A DNA stretch of 63,112 bases, the filler included, from Folioceros fuciformis (Eukaryota), in the NCBI GenBank assembly GCA_049999805.1. It is 8 parts of 8 records of this genome, joined end to end, with 100 filler letters (N's around TTAATTAATTAA, not from the genome) between each part and the next. Parts side by side here need not be neighbours in the genome. Positions count along the whole stretch, not along the records: positions 1 to 8,739 come from JBNGIO010003509.1; positions 8,840 to 20,033 come from JBNGIO010003510.1; 6 more parts are not named here. One strand, written 5' to 3'. Below, piece after piece: positions 1-19,211 of this stretch. The translations under genes were made by a program, and so were the position numbers. Numbering within the stretch: the stretch's first letter is position 1; every line of letters begins with the position of its first letter. The notes beneath the pieces were generated by a model. It did no database searches and was not told the DNA's origin. It saw nothing but the letters and a program-made list of their open reading frames with translations.

Positions 1-8677
<8,677 letters not shown>

Positions 8678-8739
8678 TTAACTGTTTAGTCAGTTTTGTA
8701 GTACCAAGATGTAGCTCCCACCCGAGTAATTGTGGAGGT

Positions 8740-8839
8740 NNNNNNNNNNNNNNNNNNNNNNNNNNNNNNNNNNNNNNNNNNNNTTAATTAATTAANNNNN
8801 NNNNNNNNNNNNNNNNNNNNNNNNNNNNNNNNNNNNNNN
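8740..8839. other. Artificial contig linker (N44-TTAATTAATTAA-N44, stops in six frames)
   Basis: Identical 100-nt construct occurs seven times in the window. Confidence 0.97.
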
Positions 8840-11800
8840 GGAGGGAGAGTGCTCACCATGTTGCTGGAGAGCGCGTTGGCGGATCTGAGCCACCCTCGTG
8901 ACTCCACCTCCCCCTACCCGGGGCCCCCGGACTGGGATGAAGTCCCCGTGCCGGCAGCCAAGCCCAAGGTTTCGGAGAGGGCAAAAGGGAGCAGTAAGTC
9001 TGGGGAGCTCGGCCGCGGCTTCAGCAACGTGATCCCCAAGTCGGGCCGCTCTGGGGAGCTCGGCCGCGGCTTCTCCAACATGGCCAGGTCGGGGGAGCTC
9101 GGGAGGCCCGGAGTGGCTAGGTCGGGGGACCTTTTGTTCGCCCCTCTCGCCAGGGAGCGGACCAAGTCGGGGGAGATGACCATGGGAACCTACCCCACCG
9201 CCGCGTCTAGGAGATCCGGCGAGCTCAGGAAAGGAGGAACAGGAACTGGACCAAGTCTTGGAGCACTGGCAGCAGCTGCCCCGAGGTTGAGCAAGTCCGT
9301 CTCGTCCCCGGCTGACAGATCTCGGGATCCTCCAATGCCGCTGCCGCAGACGCGCGCGACATCGGTACGGACAGCCGCGCACAGCAACCAGCAGCATCGG
9401 AGGAGATCATCCTCGCCCGGGCAGACTGGGAAATCGCAGCACGCTCGGTCGCATGCTCGCTTCCAGCCCAATTTGGAGACCCAGGATGAACACTCGGAGG
9501 AGGAGGAGGACGACGAGGACGAGGAAGACGGGGCAGATCTGGCGTCGGAGGAGGATCCGGAGCAGGGCTTGGAGGAGGTGGAGAAAGACGTGATCGTGCA
9601 GAGCAATAGCTACGTGGAGGCGCGCATGGCGCAGATCGAGGCCAAGAGCAGCTTCCTCATCCAGGCCAAGACAGGGTTCCTGCTGGGCCCGGATCCCGAC
9701 AGGGAGCTGGAGCTGGAAGGCGCGCTCGGCCGGCTGAAGGAGGAGCTACACAGGACTGGGCGAGACGAGGTGCCGGAGAAGGAAATCCGGAGCTCCAAGG
9801 AGCCCAAGATCGAGCTGGACTTGGACGTGGGCGCCGAGATCCTCACCGCCAGGCTGAGTAAGTCCGGGGAGCTCAAGAATCCGGCGCGGACGGACTCCGG
9901 GAATCGGAGATCGGGCGCGGTGCCTTTCAAGTGGGAGCAGGAACCCGGGGTCAGCAAGTACAAGGAAGAGGAGCCGGGCTTCATGACGACGGTCGGCGGG
10001 AAGACCATCAGCTTGTCGGGGCCGCTAACCCCGCCCCCGGGAGTGGTTGCAGCGGCGGCGGCGGCGGCCAGGGCGGCTATGGAGAAGGACGCTGCTGCTG
10101 CCAAGGAGAAATCCATCACGGACAAGATGAGGAGCATCCTGGCTGGGAAGTTCTCTGGGCAGTTGAAGCCTCCGCTCCCGCCGCCTCCTCCCCAGCCGGC
10201 TCCTGCCCCGGCTCCTCCCCCCAAGGCAAAGAGGGTGAGCTTCTACGAGACGGACGTGGTGGTGACATTCGACAACGGGGAGGAGGAGTCCAGCCCTGTG
10301 AGCATCCTGGACCGCCCCGAATCGCCAACGAGCCCGCCCTACTCCCCTCCGCAATGCCCCGCTCCCCACGGGCCCTCCCCGCAGCAGTCCCCTGCCAAGA
10401 AAGCCAGTGCTGCTCCCTCAAGGCGGCCTGGGAGCGTCGGCGGGGTGCAGATGGCGCAGCATCTCGTGACTCTCACGGGAATGGATTCCAGGGAAGACGA
10501 GCATGCCGAGGATGAACGGGAAAGGGAGAATAATAGCGCGGATGACCACGAGTCGGACCAGGATGCCCTCTGGGATGATGCTGGTAAGTCTGCCCTGTTT
10601 TCTGCCAATGCAATGGCTGTGGAAGAGAGGATGATTGATGGTTTTGGGTTGTTTGGATGATGTGGGTATGTTTGTTTTGTTTGGCAATGCGACACTATTA
10701 CTCATGGTGTTTGCTTGTTTGGGAGGCTTGCTTGATTTGCAAATCAAGCAAGCCATGCTCGGTGATGCTCTGCTATGCTATGCAATGCAAGCGAGGATTG
10801 ACTGGTTGCGTTGGGAAGCGTGCTTGAATTGCAATGCGATGTGATGCATGGCCGGAAAAATTCACAATGAAGATTTGTGCTTTCAAAGACAACCAGATTC
10901 ACGGTTGCGGTCTATTTGCTGTGGTCCATTTTGCTTTGGGACGGAGCAGGAGAGGAGCTCTCGGAGCCCAGCAGCTGGGGGAGCAATGCGAGCGTGTCCA
11001 GGCGGGTGCACCCGGTGCCCAGCAGCATCACGAAGAACGCGGGCAGCACGCTGGGTGGCAGCAGGACGCGGAGGAAGCAGCACACCAATTCGTGGTCGGC
11101 CGGCAGCCCGTCTCAGACAGGGCAGGAGTCGCTAGACACCTTCGACCCCGACGACGCCGACCTGAGCGACCTGGAGTACGAGACACGGCGGATGCGGGGG
11201 ATCAACGCCAAGGCTCGGCGGGGTTCGACGGAGATAGGGAAGCCACCGAGGCCCAGCTCCCGGCAAATGTCCCAAGAGCTGTACCAGCACCACGGGAAGC
11301 CGCCCAGGCAGGCGTCTGGCGAGCTGGGGCTCACAGTGCCCGGCATTCTCAAGGGCGGCTCCAGGCAGGTCTCGGGGGAGCTCGGCGCCATGCAGAAGAT
11401 GGGGTCCAGGCATGTGTCGGGGGAGCTGGGGATGCCGGTTCCAGGAATTCTCAAGACTGGAGGCTCAAGGCAGGTGTCCGGGGAGCTGGGGATGCCGGTT
11501 CCCGCGCAGACGCCGATCGCGAGCCACTCCAGGCCCGTGTCGGGGGAGCTGGGGCGTGTGCAAATCTCCACCCGCCCGACCACGGGCTCCTTGTCGACCT
11601 CACCGGACCGAGATGTGTTCCACACGGCGCCTACGTCCCGGGCTGAGAGCAGAAAGAATTCAGGAGAGCTCACGTTCGGGAACGGGGCTGGTGGGACGAG
11701 CTCGGGGCCGAGCTCGCCGACCAGTGGCTATGGCGGGAAGAACTCGGATCGGAGTGCCCCTGTCAGCTCTGCGGACGAGCAGGCGGAGTCGGACAGGGAG

Positions 11801-12812
11801 ATGTCTGCGCTTCCCGGGAGCGGATTCAAGAAAGTGCGGAATCCGTTCGGGAGCTTGAAGGGCGAGCCTATGATCAAGAACGGGAGGATCATCTATGCCG
11901 GAGATGACGGCTTCGACGAAGACGATTTCAGCTTCGAGGAGCGGGCTGATGAGGTTGTGCATTCTGTGGACGAGAGCTTGTACGCCATCTCTCCAATTGC
12001 GTCCACCTTCGTCTTCCCCGGCTCTGCTGGATCCACTCCTTCCGCCAGCCCGCAGGTTCATGTCGTCGCCAAGCTCAGTTCCAGCGCCAGCCAGAAGAAC
12101 AGCGGGATGCTTGGTAAGCAAGCTTGTTTCGTTATCATGTTATGGAGGTGCCGGGTTGGGACCATAATGTGGTGGGTTACGGCCCGCGTCCCCTGTGCAG
12201 TTTCGCTGTCCACGTCCTCAACTTATCATCGTTTCACGCTGCACTCATGTGGTTGTTGGGTGGGGGTGGTGATGTGACTTTTCGTCGCAGACGTTGGAGA
12301 GGCAGGGAGCGACCCCGAAGATTCGCATATCGGTTCGGGGAGCAGTCGGAATCTCAGCTTCGGGCCCCGGCTGACGAGGAGCGGGACGGTTTCCGTCCAT
12401 TCCACCCGTCACACTGTGAACAATTCCTTCGACGAGAGCAAGCTGTCCCCGAGCAACGTGTTGAACGGCGGGCCTGCCTTGCTCAGAAGACTGTCGAATG
12501 TGGAGGCGGAGATCGACAAGCCTCGGAGCACGGCCATGAATTGCGCCATGGCTTGTCTGGTATGAGCAGCTTTCCCACCGTGGTTATGGATCCAGCTGGC
12601 CTTGGGGAAGTGCCTCCTTCTTACATGTACTCTGATACGTTGTTTGGATGGACTATTTTTGTTCTTTCCTGCAGCCGTTCAGGTCATTGCTCGGCTTCAA
12701 GAGCAGTACTCCTGCCATCAGCCGGAGAGGCTCGCGGCTATCCATAACTAACCACAGCGCCAATCACAGCAGAGAAAGAGACCCCTTTGAAGATCGTCTC
12801 CGAGCACCGTAG
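8840..12812 (+). CDS. Large low-complexity protein with repeated SGEL motifs and a DUF688/DUF1645-type VPFKWEQEPG motif; 5' end may be truncated. Exons ~8840-10583, 10950-12113, 12291-12559, 12675-12812
   Basis: Long GC-rich ORFs 8849-10660 and 10877-12277 join in frame via G|GTAAGT..CAG|, TTG|GTAAGC..CAG| and CTG|GTATGA..CAG|. Contains GAVPFKWEQEPG, acidic and Pro-rich tracts; stop TAG at 12810-12812. Confidence 0.75.
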
Positions 12813-13021
12813 CCTTGGTGGTCGTCAAACCTTCAAAGCGAACAAGTGTAGAAAGACGTAGCACCTGCTGCCATTAAGCCCTTTACATTATTTCTAGATT
12901 GGAGGACTCATCTGGAGAGGAATGGAGTCCACGTCTAGCTGATGGTGCACACTGAGAAGGTACATCCGTCGAGCATGCACGTTTCCCCGAGCTTCGCATT
13001 GCATTGTTTGCCTAGGCATAT

Positions 13022-13038
13022 GAGAGAGAGAGAGAGAG
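13022..13038 (+). repeat. (GA)n microsatellite
   Basis: gagagagagagagagag. Confidence 0.9.
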
Positions 13039-13571
13039 TTAGTAGTTGATCATGTCGAATGCTGCTGACGGTCTTGCGCTTGCGGCTGTGCTGCTCCTGG
13101 CTTGCAGGCTAGGGAACAGGAGCAGCGAACTTGCGAGAGAGGCTCTTAAGCTCCTAGGAGTTGCAGTTTGCAGTCATTAAGTAGCTGGGCGAGCTTCGGA
13201 TAGAGTGTAGGAGGAGGTACATACGTATTGCAACCATCATCTGCCGAGCGAAATGGCTCCTGAGCAGATCGAAAGCGTTGATTCCGGTCTGTCCTCATAG
13301 CGGCCACTAGAGCATGTACACAAACCAGTAGTGAAAGCTCTTATAGCGAACTCTTTTGTGTTCCAGATGATGACACTGTCGATGTAATTTATCTCACCAT
13401 AATTTGCTGGAAATGGAATTATGTCGCTCCTGTCCCTTAATTTCTCTTCTATGTATGCGCTCTCAGAAGTTGTCGGGCACATCGTTGTTCCGAAGACCTA
13501 CTACTCCAAGTAGAGTAGTAGGGCTTTGCGAAGTCCACTCGTGATTACAGATCGTGGCAAATCCCATACAG

Positions 13572-13904
13572 ATGGCGGGTGCGGTGACGAGAGCGGCGCA
13601 GCGGTCATTGGCATCTGTTGCTCGAGCATGCCAGTCTTCTTCGGCGCGTGCCTGCCACTCGCTATGTAGAGTAGAAGCGCAGCTTCCCAGGATGCGAGCG
13701 GCGGACAGCTTGTCCGCTTCCAGTTCCGGATCCTTTTTCCGACCGCGAAGGCCTGGGCTGAGGTGCATCGCGGGCGCGCCGTCTCTGTTGCCGCTTCACA
13801 GCGCCATGGCTTCGGCCCTCCTAGTGTCTCGACTCAGCACGTCTTCCCTATCTTCGCCGGCCTTAATTGTGGGTACGCTCTGCCATTCCTCTCCAGAACT
13901 TTAG
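13572..13904 (+). CDS. NFD6: NUCLEAR FUSION DEFECTIVE 6-like organellar protein, intronless CDS
   Basis: Ala/Arg/Ser-rich transit-peptide-like N-terminus; family motif SLLPLHSAMASALLVSRLS and C-terminal GTLCHSSPEL. Confidence 0.8.
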   Translation: MAGAVTRAAQRSLASVARACQSSSARACHSLCRVEAQLPRMRAADSLSASSSGSFFRPRRPGLRCIAGAPSLLPLHSAMASALLVSRLSTSSLSSPALIVGTLCHSSPEL

Positions 13905-14096
13905 GGTTCCCAGTGCCCTAGGCCAGATAGACAGGCTCGGTGGGTATACAGGGCCATATTGTCTTGCTGCCCGAGTCTGTGTCCCTGTTCCCCCTAGCTC
14001 AAAGATTCTAGGTTCAGGCCTCCCGGCTGATCACAAGCCCCGTTTGTCAATGTAATGGATACTAAGATTTTCTGGAAGTTGACACGGTGCTACTTG

Positions 14097-16017
14097 TCAA
14101 GTGCAGGGACTTGGCTGTCTGATAGATGATCTATGATGCAAGTGCAGGGTTCTGGGCTTCGGAGGATGTGTAGAAACAGTTCTCAAACGTCTGGTAAAAG
14201 AGACAATTCTGTTCTTTTCAAAGTTGGGCATGAATGAAAAGACTGTGGCTGTTAGCATGCCAAAATTTTTTTGAATATGTTTGACGTCCGCGCCATCCCT
14301 ACAGTGCGAAGTTTGAAGGTATCGACCATCTACTATTTCTCTTAAATGGCATTCCTGATCTCCTACATCCGGAGAGTTGAACAGGAGGGTTAAACATTTG
14401 GACCAAAGAACGCGCATATTCATCTTTCGGTCCCCTAGTCACCCCTCCAGTGCAGGTAAGACGCTTGGGGTCTACGTTAGAAAATACTTGTGTCGGATTA
14501 TGAAGGCAGATGGCAGATACCATAATGGAACATCATAACCTCGTCTATAACAAAGACGCTGTCAAGGATGTGGCAAACCAAAACCATGTATACATGATGA
14601 CTGAAGTAGGACTGGGATGTATCATACCCATGGTTGCTGAACTCGCCGTTACTTGCTTGCTATTGACTCAGATCGAATCCTGCAAAAGCGATACGTACCA
14701 TCCTCACATTTGTCAACAACTCTGTGCCCATGTCCTCGAGCAACTAACTCTGTGCCCATGTCCTNNNNNNNNNNCATGTCCTCGAGCAACTAACTCTGTG
14801 CCCATGTCCTCGAGCAACTAATCGTGATATGCTCACACAGGCACGTCCACAGTAGTCCATACCTGTCAACGGCACCTGATGGGTGATGTTGAGGCCCAAA
14901 ACGAAGATACTTTTTAGAAAACAAGGAAACATCTTCTATCGCTTTGAGAGAGAAATTCCAAATGTGCCAATGTCAGATAGTCTTTGCTTCGTTGAACAGC
15001 GTCTGTTCGATTGAAACACAAACCAGTTAAGCGGCAGTCCTTCTAAACTAACAGGGTCTGTTCGATTGAAACACAAACCAGTTAAACGGCAGTCCTTCTA
15101 AACTAAAAGGGTCTGTTCGATTGAAACACAAACCAGGTAAACGGCAGTCTTTCTAAACTATCTCCACGTACCTTGGCCAAATTTGTCAGTGCCAAGCGCT
15201 ACGACAAATATCATCCCATCCTGGTCAGTCACTTTCTCATTGAGAAAGTCTGGGGCCGAGAGAGCTCTCGCTTTCGAAAGCCCTTTGTTGCAGGGGGTAA
15301 GTGTTTCCGAGCCCATCAGCATCAAGCACAAAACCTACACTTCGTTTCTGGCTGCTCCCTCCAGCCAAGGCCCACATAAGAGAATAATCCAATCCGGGTT
15401 CAGCTTGTGACCTCATCCAAAGCGGTTTTTATATAAGAGTTGATTAGCTGAATTTCAGGCTCGAGTTCCCACTGCGAGCGAGAAGCACGACCTAAGGGAA
15501 GTAATCAGCCCCTGTGAAACCGGAATGCCCTCTACCAGCCACCTCGAGCTGCACCGCGGGATGGAATAGTGAAATCAGTCAGCAGACGAATGGCACACAA
15601 CAAAGTACAAAAGCTCAGCACGCACATGCATCAACTCCCACCAAATGCAGGGCATACTGCGTTGCTATGACAGTTAGCACACTGCCAAAGCTTGCAGTCA
15701 GCCTGATGACTGCATCCAATTCCTCCGACTCCAGAGCAAGAGGGATGGCCGTAGTCTCATTTGCAAAACCCACATCTAGAAACCACACCACGCTACTCTC
15801 GCCCCTGAGAGACCACCCGTGCCGCACACCGTGTCGATGGTCTCTTCCTTCTTGGTAGCCGAATCCCCTACTTGGAAGGTGAGAAATCCAAATAGGCAAG
15901 GTTCTGGGTTTCTCGGCACAGGTGTGTTTATATGTACCAGCCGTGAACAAGTAGAGACGTTTTGATATATGCGCGGGTTTTCCACCAGATAGCCTGCTAG
16001 CAGCCTTACGTAACCAT
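14097..16017 (-). CDS. Putative multi-exon gene of unknown function; exon structure tentative
   Basis: ATGGTTAC|GTAAG at 16017, then GT/AG-bounded open segments: DVGFANETTAIPLALESEELDAVIRLTASFGSVLTVIATQYALHL; KRSVGFVLDADGLGNTYPCNKGLSKARALSAPDFLNEKVTDQDGMIFVVALGTDKFGQ; IEDVSLFSKKYLRFGPQHHPSGAVDR; HHVYMVLVCHILDSVFVIDEVMMFHY; DPKRLTCTGGVTRGPKDEYARSLVQMF. No family recognised. Confidence 0.4.
15001..15160. repeat. 55-bp tandem repeat, about 2.9 copies
   Basis: gtctgttcgattgaaacacaaaccag...ctaaacta units start at 15001, 15056 and 15111. Confidence 0.95.
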
Positions 16018-16247
16018 CGGCTGCGAATTGCGCCAGGAGAAGCAGGACCAAGGCTTGTTGTTGGCTGTTGTAGCTTGCCGCTGGGCTGGGCTAGACAGGG
16101 AATGGAGCCGTCCAGCCGCAGGGCTGTTGCGACGGGATTCCGGTCTTGAGGTTAGGGTTTTCGCGACTCGATTTCTGCTGGGCGGTAAGCCACTTGTCCG
16201 CATATCGGCTTGCCGGTTATGGCAGGCGGGATCTGAGAGTGGCAAGC

Positions 16248-16505
16248 ATGGAGTTGGGCGATCGGACAATTGGGCTGTTAATGCTCCTGTCCAGCGTCAG
16301 CATCTTCAGCTACTACACGTTCTGGGTGCTTATCACTCCCTTCGTTGACAGTGACCACTTCGTGCACAACTACTTTCCTGCCCGTGAGTACGCCGTCCTT
16401 ATTCCTGGGTTGGCTGGCGTGACACTCCTCTCACTGGTGATGGTGTTTGTGGGATTGATCATGGTGCGATCTCGGGTGCCCAATAAAAAGATGAAGACCA
16501 GTTGA
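16248..16505 (+). CDS. DPM2: Dolichol-phosphate mannose synthase regulatory subunit DPM2, 85 aa, intronless
   Basis: MELGDRTIGLLMLLSSVSIFSYYTFWVLITPFVDSDHFVHNYFPAREYAVLIPG has the typical DPM2 FxYYTxWV / PF..HF.H.YF pattern, two TM helices and a basic tail. Confidence 0.93.
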   Translation: MELGDRTIGLLMLLSSVSIFSYYTFWVLITPFVDSDHFVHNYFPAREYAVLIPGLAGVTLLSLVMVFVGLIMVRSRVPNKKMKTS

Positions 16506-16727
16506 GCAAGCCAGCGGTTTGCGTTGGAGGCGCAAGTGAAGCGCCTCGCTTAGCTGTGTCTGCGAAAGTCTTCAGTTTAGGCCTTGATTCCATACCAGGG
16601 ACTATCTATATAGGTTCGAGGACAGAACAATTTTTGATACCTTGCATGTGCAGTTGGTGGGCGAAACCTAATCGCCCTCGCCCACTGCTTGTCGTGATCG
16701 ACCCACCAAGGTGGAGATTTCCACACC

Positions 16728-18243
16728 ATGACAGAGGTTCAAGAAAGTGAGGTGCAGACGAATATCTCTTTCGAAAACGGGCAGGAGATAGACGGAAGTT
16801 CACGTCCAGGGGCTGATGACTTGGAAACGGACTGTGACAATGCTGTAGACCCGGACTATGACACTGCTCACTTTGTCGATGAGCCTTCCTCGCCTCAAAA
16901 GCAAGTCAAGCAACGTAAGCGGCACCCTTGTTCTGAATGCGGAGAGTCTTTTGTCAAGCCCTCCAACCTCAAGCAGCACATGTTGTGTCATGCTACAGAG
17001 GCAAGTTGAAGTTTTCTGCTATGTTTGGATCCTGTGTCTTTTTTTTCGATTAGCCCCATGTGGGCATGGTGTAATAAAGGCTGTCTGACATCCTTCCAAC
17101 TGTGTGTGAGCAGAAGATGTTTTGTTGCCCTATCGCTGGCTGCGCTAGCAAGTACAAGCGTCCAGATCACCTAAAACGTCACATGGTGCTTCACAGTGGG
17201 CAGCTGTTTTTCTGTACCTGGGAGGGATGTAGTGCTTCTTTCACCCTTGTTTCAAACCTGAAGCGACACACGAAGCTTCATCAAATGAAAGGTGACTATC
17301 TGCAGCGTTCTGGAAAGCGAGTGACCGTGGAAGAGAAGCCTTTCGTCTGCGAAGAGCCTGCCTGTCTACAAGCCTTTGAATTTTCGGCACATCTTCGACA
17401 ACACAAACTAAAGGTTCATGGTTAGTAACAACTGAGAAGAGTAGTGAGTCTGTGGCATGGTACTTGATTTTGCATGGCATTTCCTCACAAGAGTTATTTA
17501 TCTCCAATGGTGGTAGGGATTTCTTGCCACTGTCAAGCAGAGCATTTTGTTAACCGGGATGTACTTTGATATCAGGCAAGAAGCATAAATTATATCCTTG
17601 TTCTTCCCCTGGCTGCGAGGAGTCATTTACTGATTATGAGGCTCTCCAAAAGCATATGAGTACCTGCCATCGGTACTTTGCTTGTGAGGTATGTGGAATG
17701 TCAGTCCCCAAGAAGTTGCAGATCAAGCACCACAAACTGCATGCCAATTCTCAGCAGAGGCTTCCTTGTCCTTCCCCGGGCTGCCAACACAGCTATACAA
17801 GAGTATGCACACCGCCACCAGTAGTGCCTCTTCGTTGCTCTCTCCCTTCTGTTGGCATGGGGATTTGCTGTGGTATAACATTCTTCTTTTGTGCAGAGAT
17901 CCAATCTGACCATTCACATGAAAGCTGTGCACAAAGAGTTAAAGCCATTTGTTTGCAAGTTCCCCGACTGTGGTAGAAGGTTTGCATACAAAGCTGTAAG
18001 GGATAGGCATGAACTAGCCAGTGAACACTGCCCCACCCAGGTGTGTAGCTATTTTTTTATTTCCTTTAGAATCGTGCAAAGCTCTTTTCACTGTAATTTG
18101 AAGGTTAATTCGCTGTTTCCTTCCAGGGCGATTTTGAGAATGAGGATGAAGATTTTCAGTCCAGGGAACGTGGAGGTAGGCCTCGTGTCACCCTGGATTC
18201 TGTGGATCAGCTATTTGAAGACCACGTGGAATCCGATGAGTAA
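16728..18243 (+). CDS. TFIIIA: Transcription factor IIIA (C2H2 zinc fingers; 8 fingers counted). Exons 16728-17000, 17114-17420, 17576-17802, 17897-18040, 18127-18243; an alternative end by splicing 18239 to 18741 stops at 18744
   Basis: Finger series matches plant TFIIIA (CSECGESFVKPSNLKQHMLCH; CPIAGCASKYKRPDHLKRH; SNLTIHMKAVH; CGRRFAYKAVRDRHE), followed by the plant TFIIIA tail motif GDFENEDEDFQSRERGGR. First intron is GC-AG (GAG|GCAAGT). Confidence 0.9.
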
Positions 18244-18344
18244 GCCGAACCTCTACATCCTGAGAAAGTTGCTCTTGTACAAAACCTGGATGGAGAAAGG
18301 CCTGATGATTGGTTAGTCTAAAGGCCTACACAGGTGCCATAGGT

Positions 18345-18540
18345 AGGCAAAGCCGTGCCAGCGTCAATGTAAAGCACCCTAGCTAGGGTGATGCCAGAAA
18401 GACAACCCAGGATGGATTTCATTAGAACCCCTCCTGACAACGAGGGTTGAGATTCACTCGCAGCTTTCTTGCGAGTGAGGAATTTTGGGCAAGAGCAACC
18501 AGGAAAAAATGTACATATTAGAGAAGCTTGTTGTCGTCGT
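18345..18540 (+). promoter_or_regulatory. Putative 5S rRNA-like structured RNA element (P5SM-like) in the 3' region of the TFIIIA pre-mRNA
   Basis: Three collinear blocks resemble plant 5S rRNA (18351-18371; 18414-18431 GGATTTCATTAGAACCCC vs GGATCCCATCAGAACTCC; 18485-18504). Stems CAACC/GGTTG and CAGGA/TCCTG enclose the loop-C-like block; extra hairpins at 18375-18390 and 18454-18478. Confidence 0.55.
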
Positions 18541-18957
18541 GGGGGCCTTTTTACTGACTTGTATAAAGGAAGGAGTTCAGAATCAAGATGCACTGAATTA
18601 TAACGGATGCATCTAATTCCTACTAATGACTTCTTGGGGATCGTTTCACGTACTGCACAACGGACAAGTCACTGGTAGAACAGGAGATTTTTCTTTATCT
18701 ATGTTCACGTTTATTTTATATTTTTCAATAACATATGCAGTTAGTATGGGTCCTCAACCGCCGCCTACTGAGGCTGGTGCTGCCGCTCTAAAGATGCCCC
18801 GTAACCATATGTGGTCTGGAGGCAAATGTCAAATACATTGAATGTGCCGTTTTCTTTCTCCTAGGGACCTTGATGCAGTTGAGGCATTGTTAATGGGTGG
18901 TCTCTGTTTTCAGAAACTTGCTCCTCACATTCAACAGGCATGTACCACTAACAACAA

Positions 18958-19211
18958 CAGCAGTTTCAAAAATCATCTATGTTGTCCAGTAATGTACGTG
19001 TAAGTCCAATTGCAGCTAGACAGCAGTTTCAGTAATCATCTATGTTGTCCAGTAATGTACGTGTAAGTCCAATTGCAGCTAGAAAGACCCGGGTAATGGA
19101 ATGTTGCAGGTTAGTATGGAGAGCAATGGGAAGGGTGTGAGTATTGAAGGGGTGATTGTTGCAGGTTAGTATGGAGAGCAATGGGAAGGGTGTGAGTATT
19201 GAAGGGGTGAT
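18958..19211. repeat. Two adjacent short tandem duplications (63 bp x2, then 55 bp x2)
   Basis: 18958-19020 matches 19021-19083; 19102-19156 matches 19157-19211. Confidence 0.9.

Noticed and set aside
8784-8795. Recurrent palindrome TTAATTAATTAA as a biological motif
   Set aside because: Always centred in 44+44 Ns; it is an assembly spacer
13361-13412. Possible C/D-box snoRNA (TTCCAG-ATGATGA...CTGGAA terminal stem)
   Set aside because: No CTGA D box before the 3' stem, and too short
14720-14822. 28-bp repeat around a 10-N gap (similar case at 48647-48747)
   Set aside because: The duplicated sequence flanks a scaffold gap, so it is probably unmerged contig overlap; copy number is unreliable
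15001-15160. Repeat containing ATTGAAAC, resembling a CRISPR repeat end
   Set aside because: Units are head-to-tail and near-identical with no unique spacers; no cas genes; eukaryotic, probably intronic context
17001-17113. Canonical P5SM cassette in the TFIIIA intron at its usual position
   Set aside because: Only 113 nt with no 5S-like loop or stems; the next intron (17421-17575) also shows none
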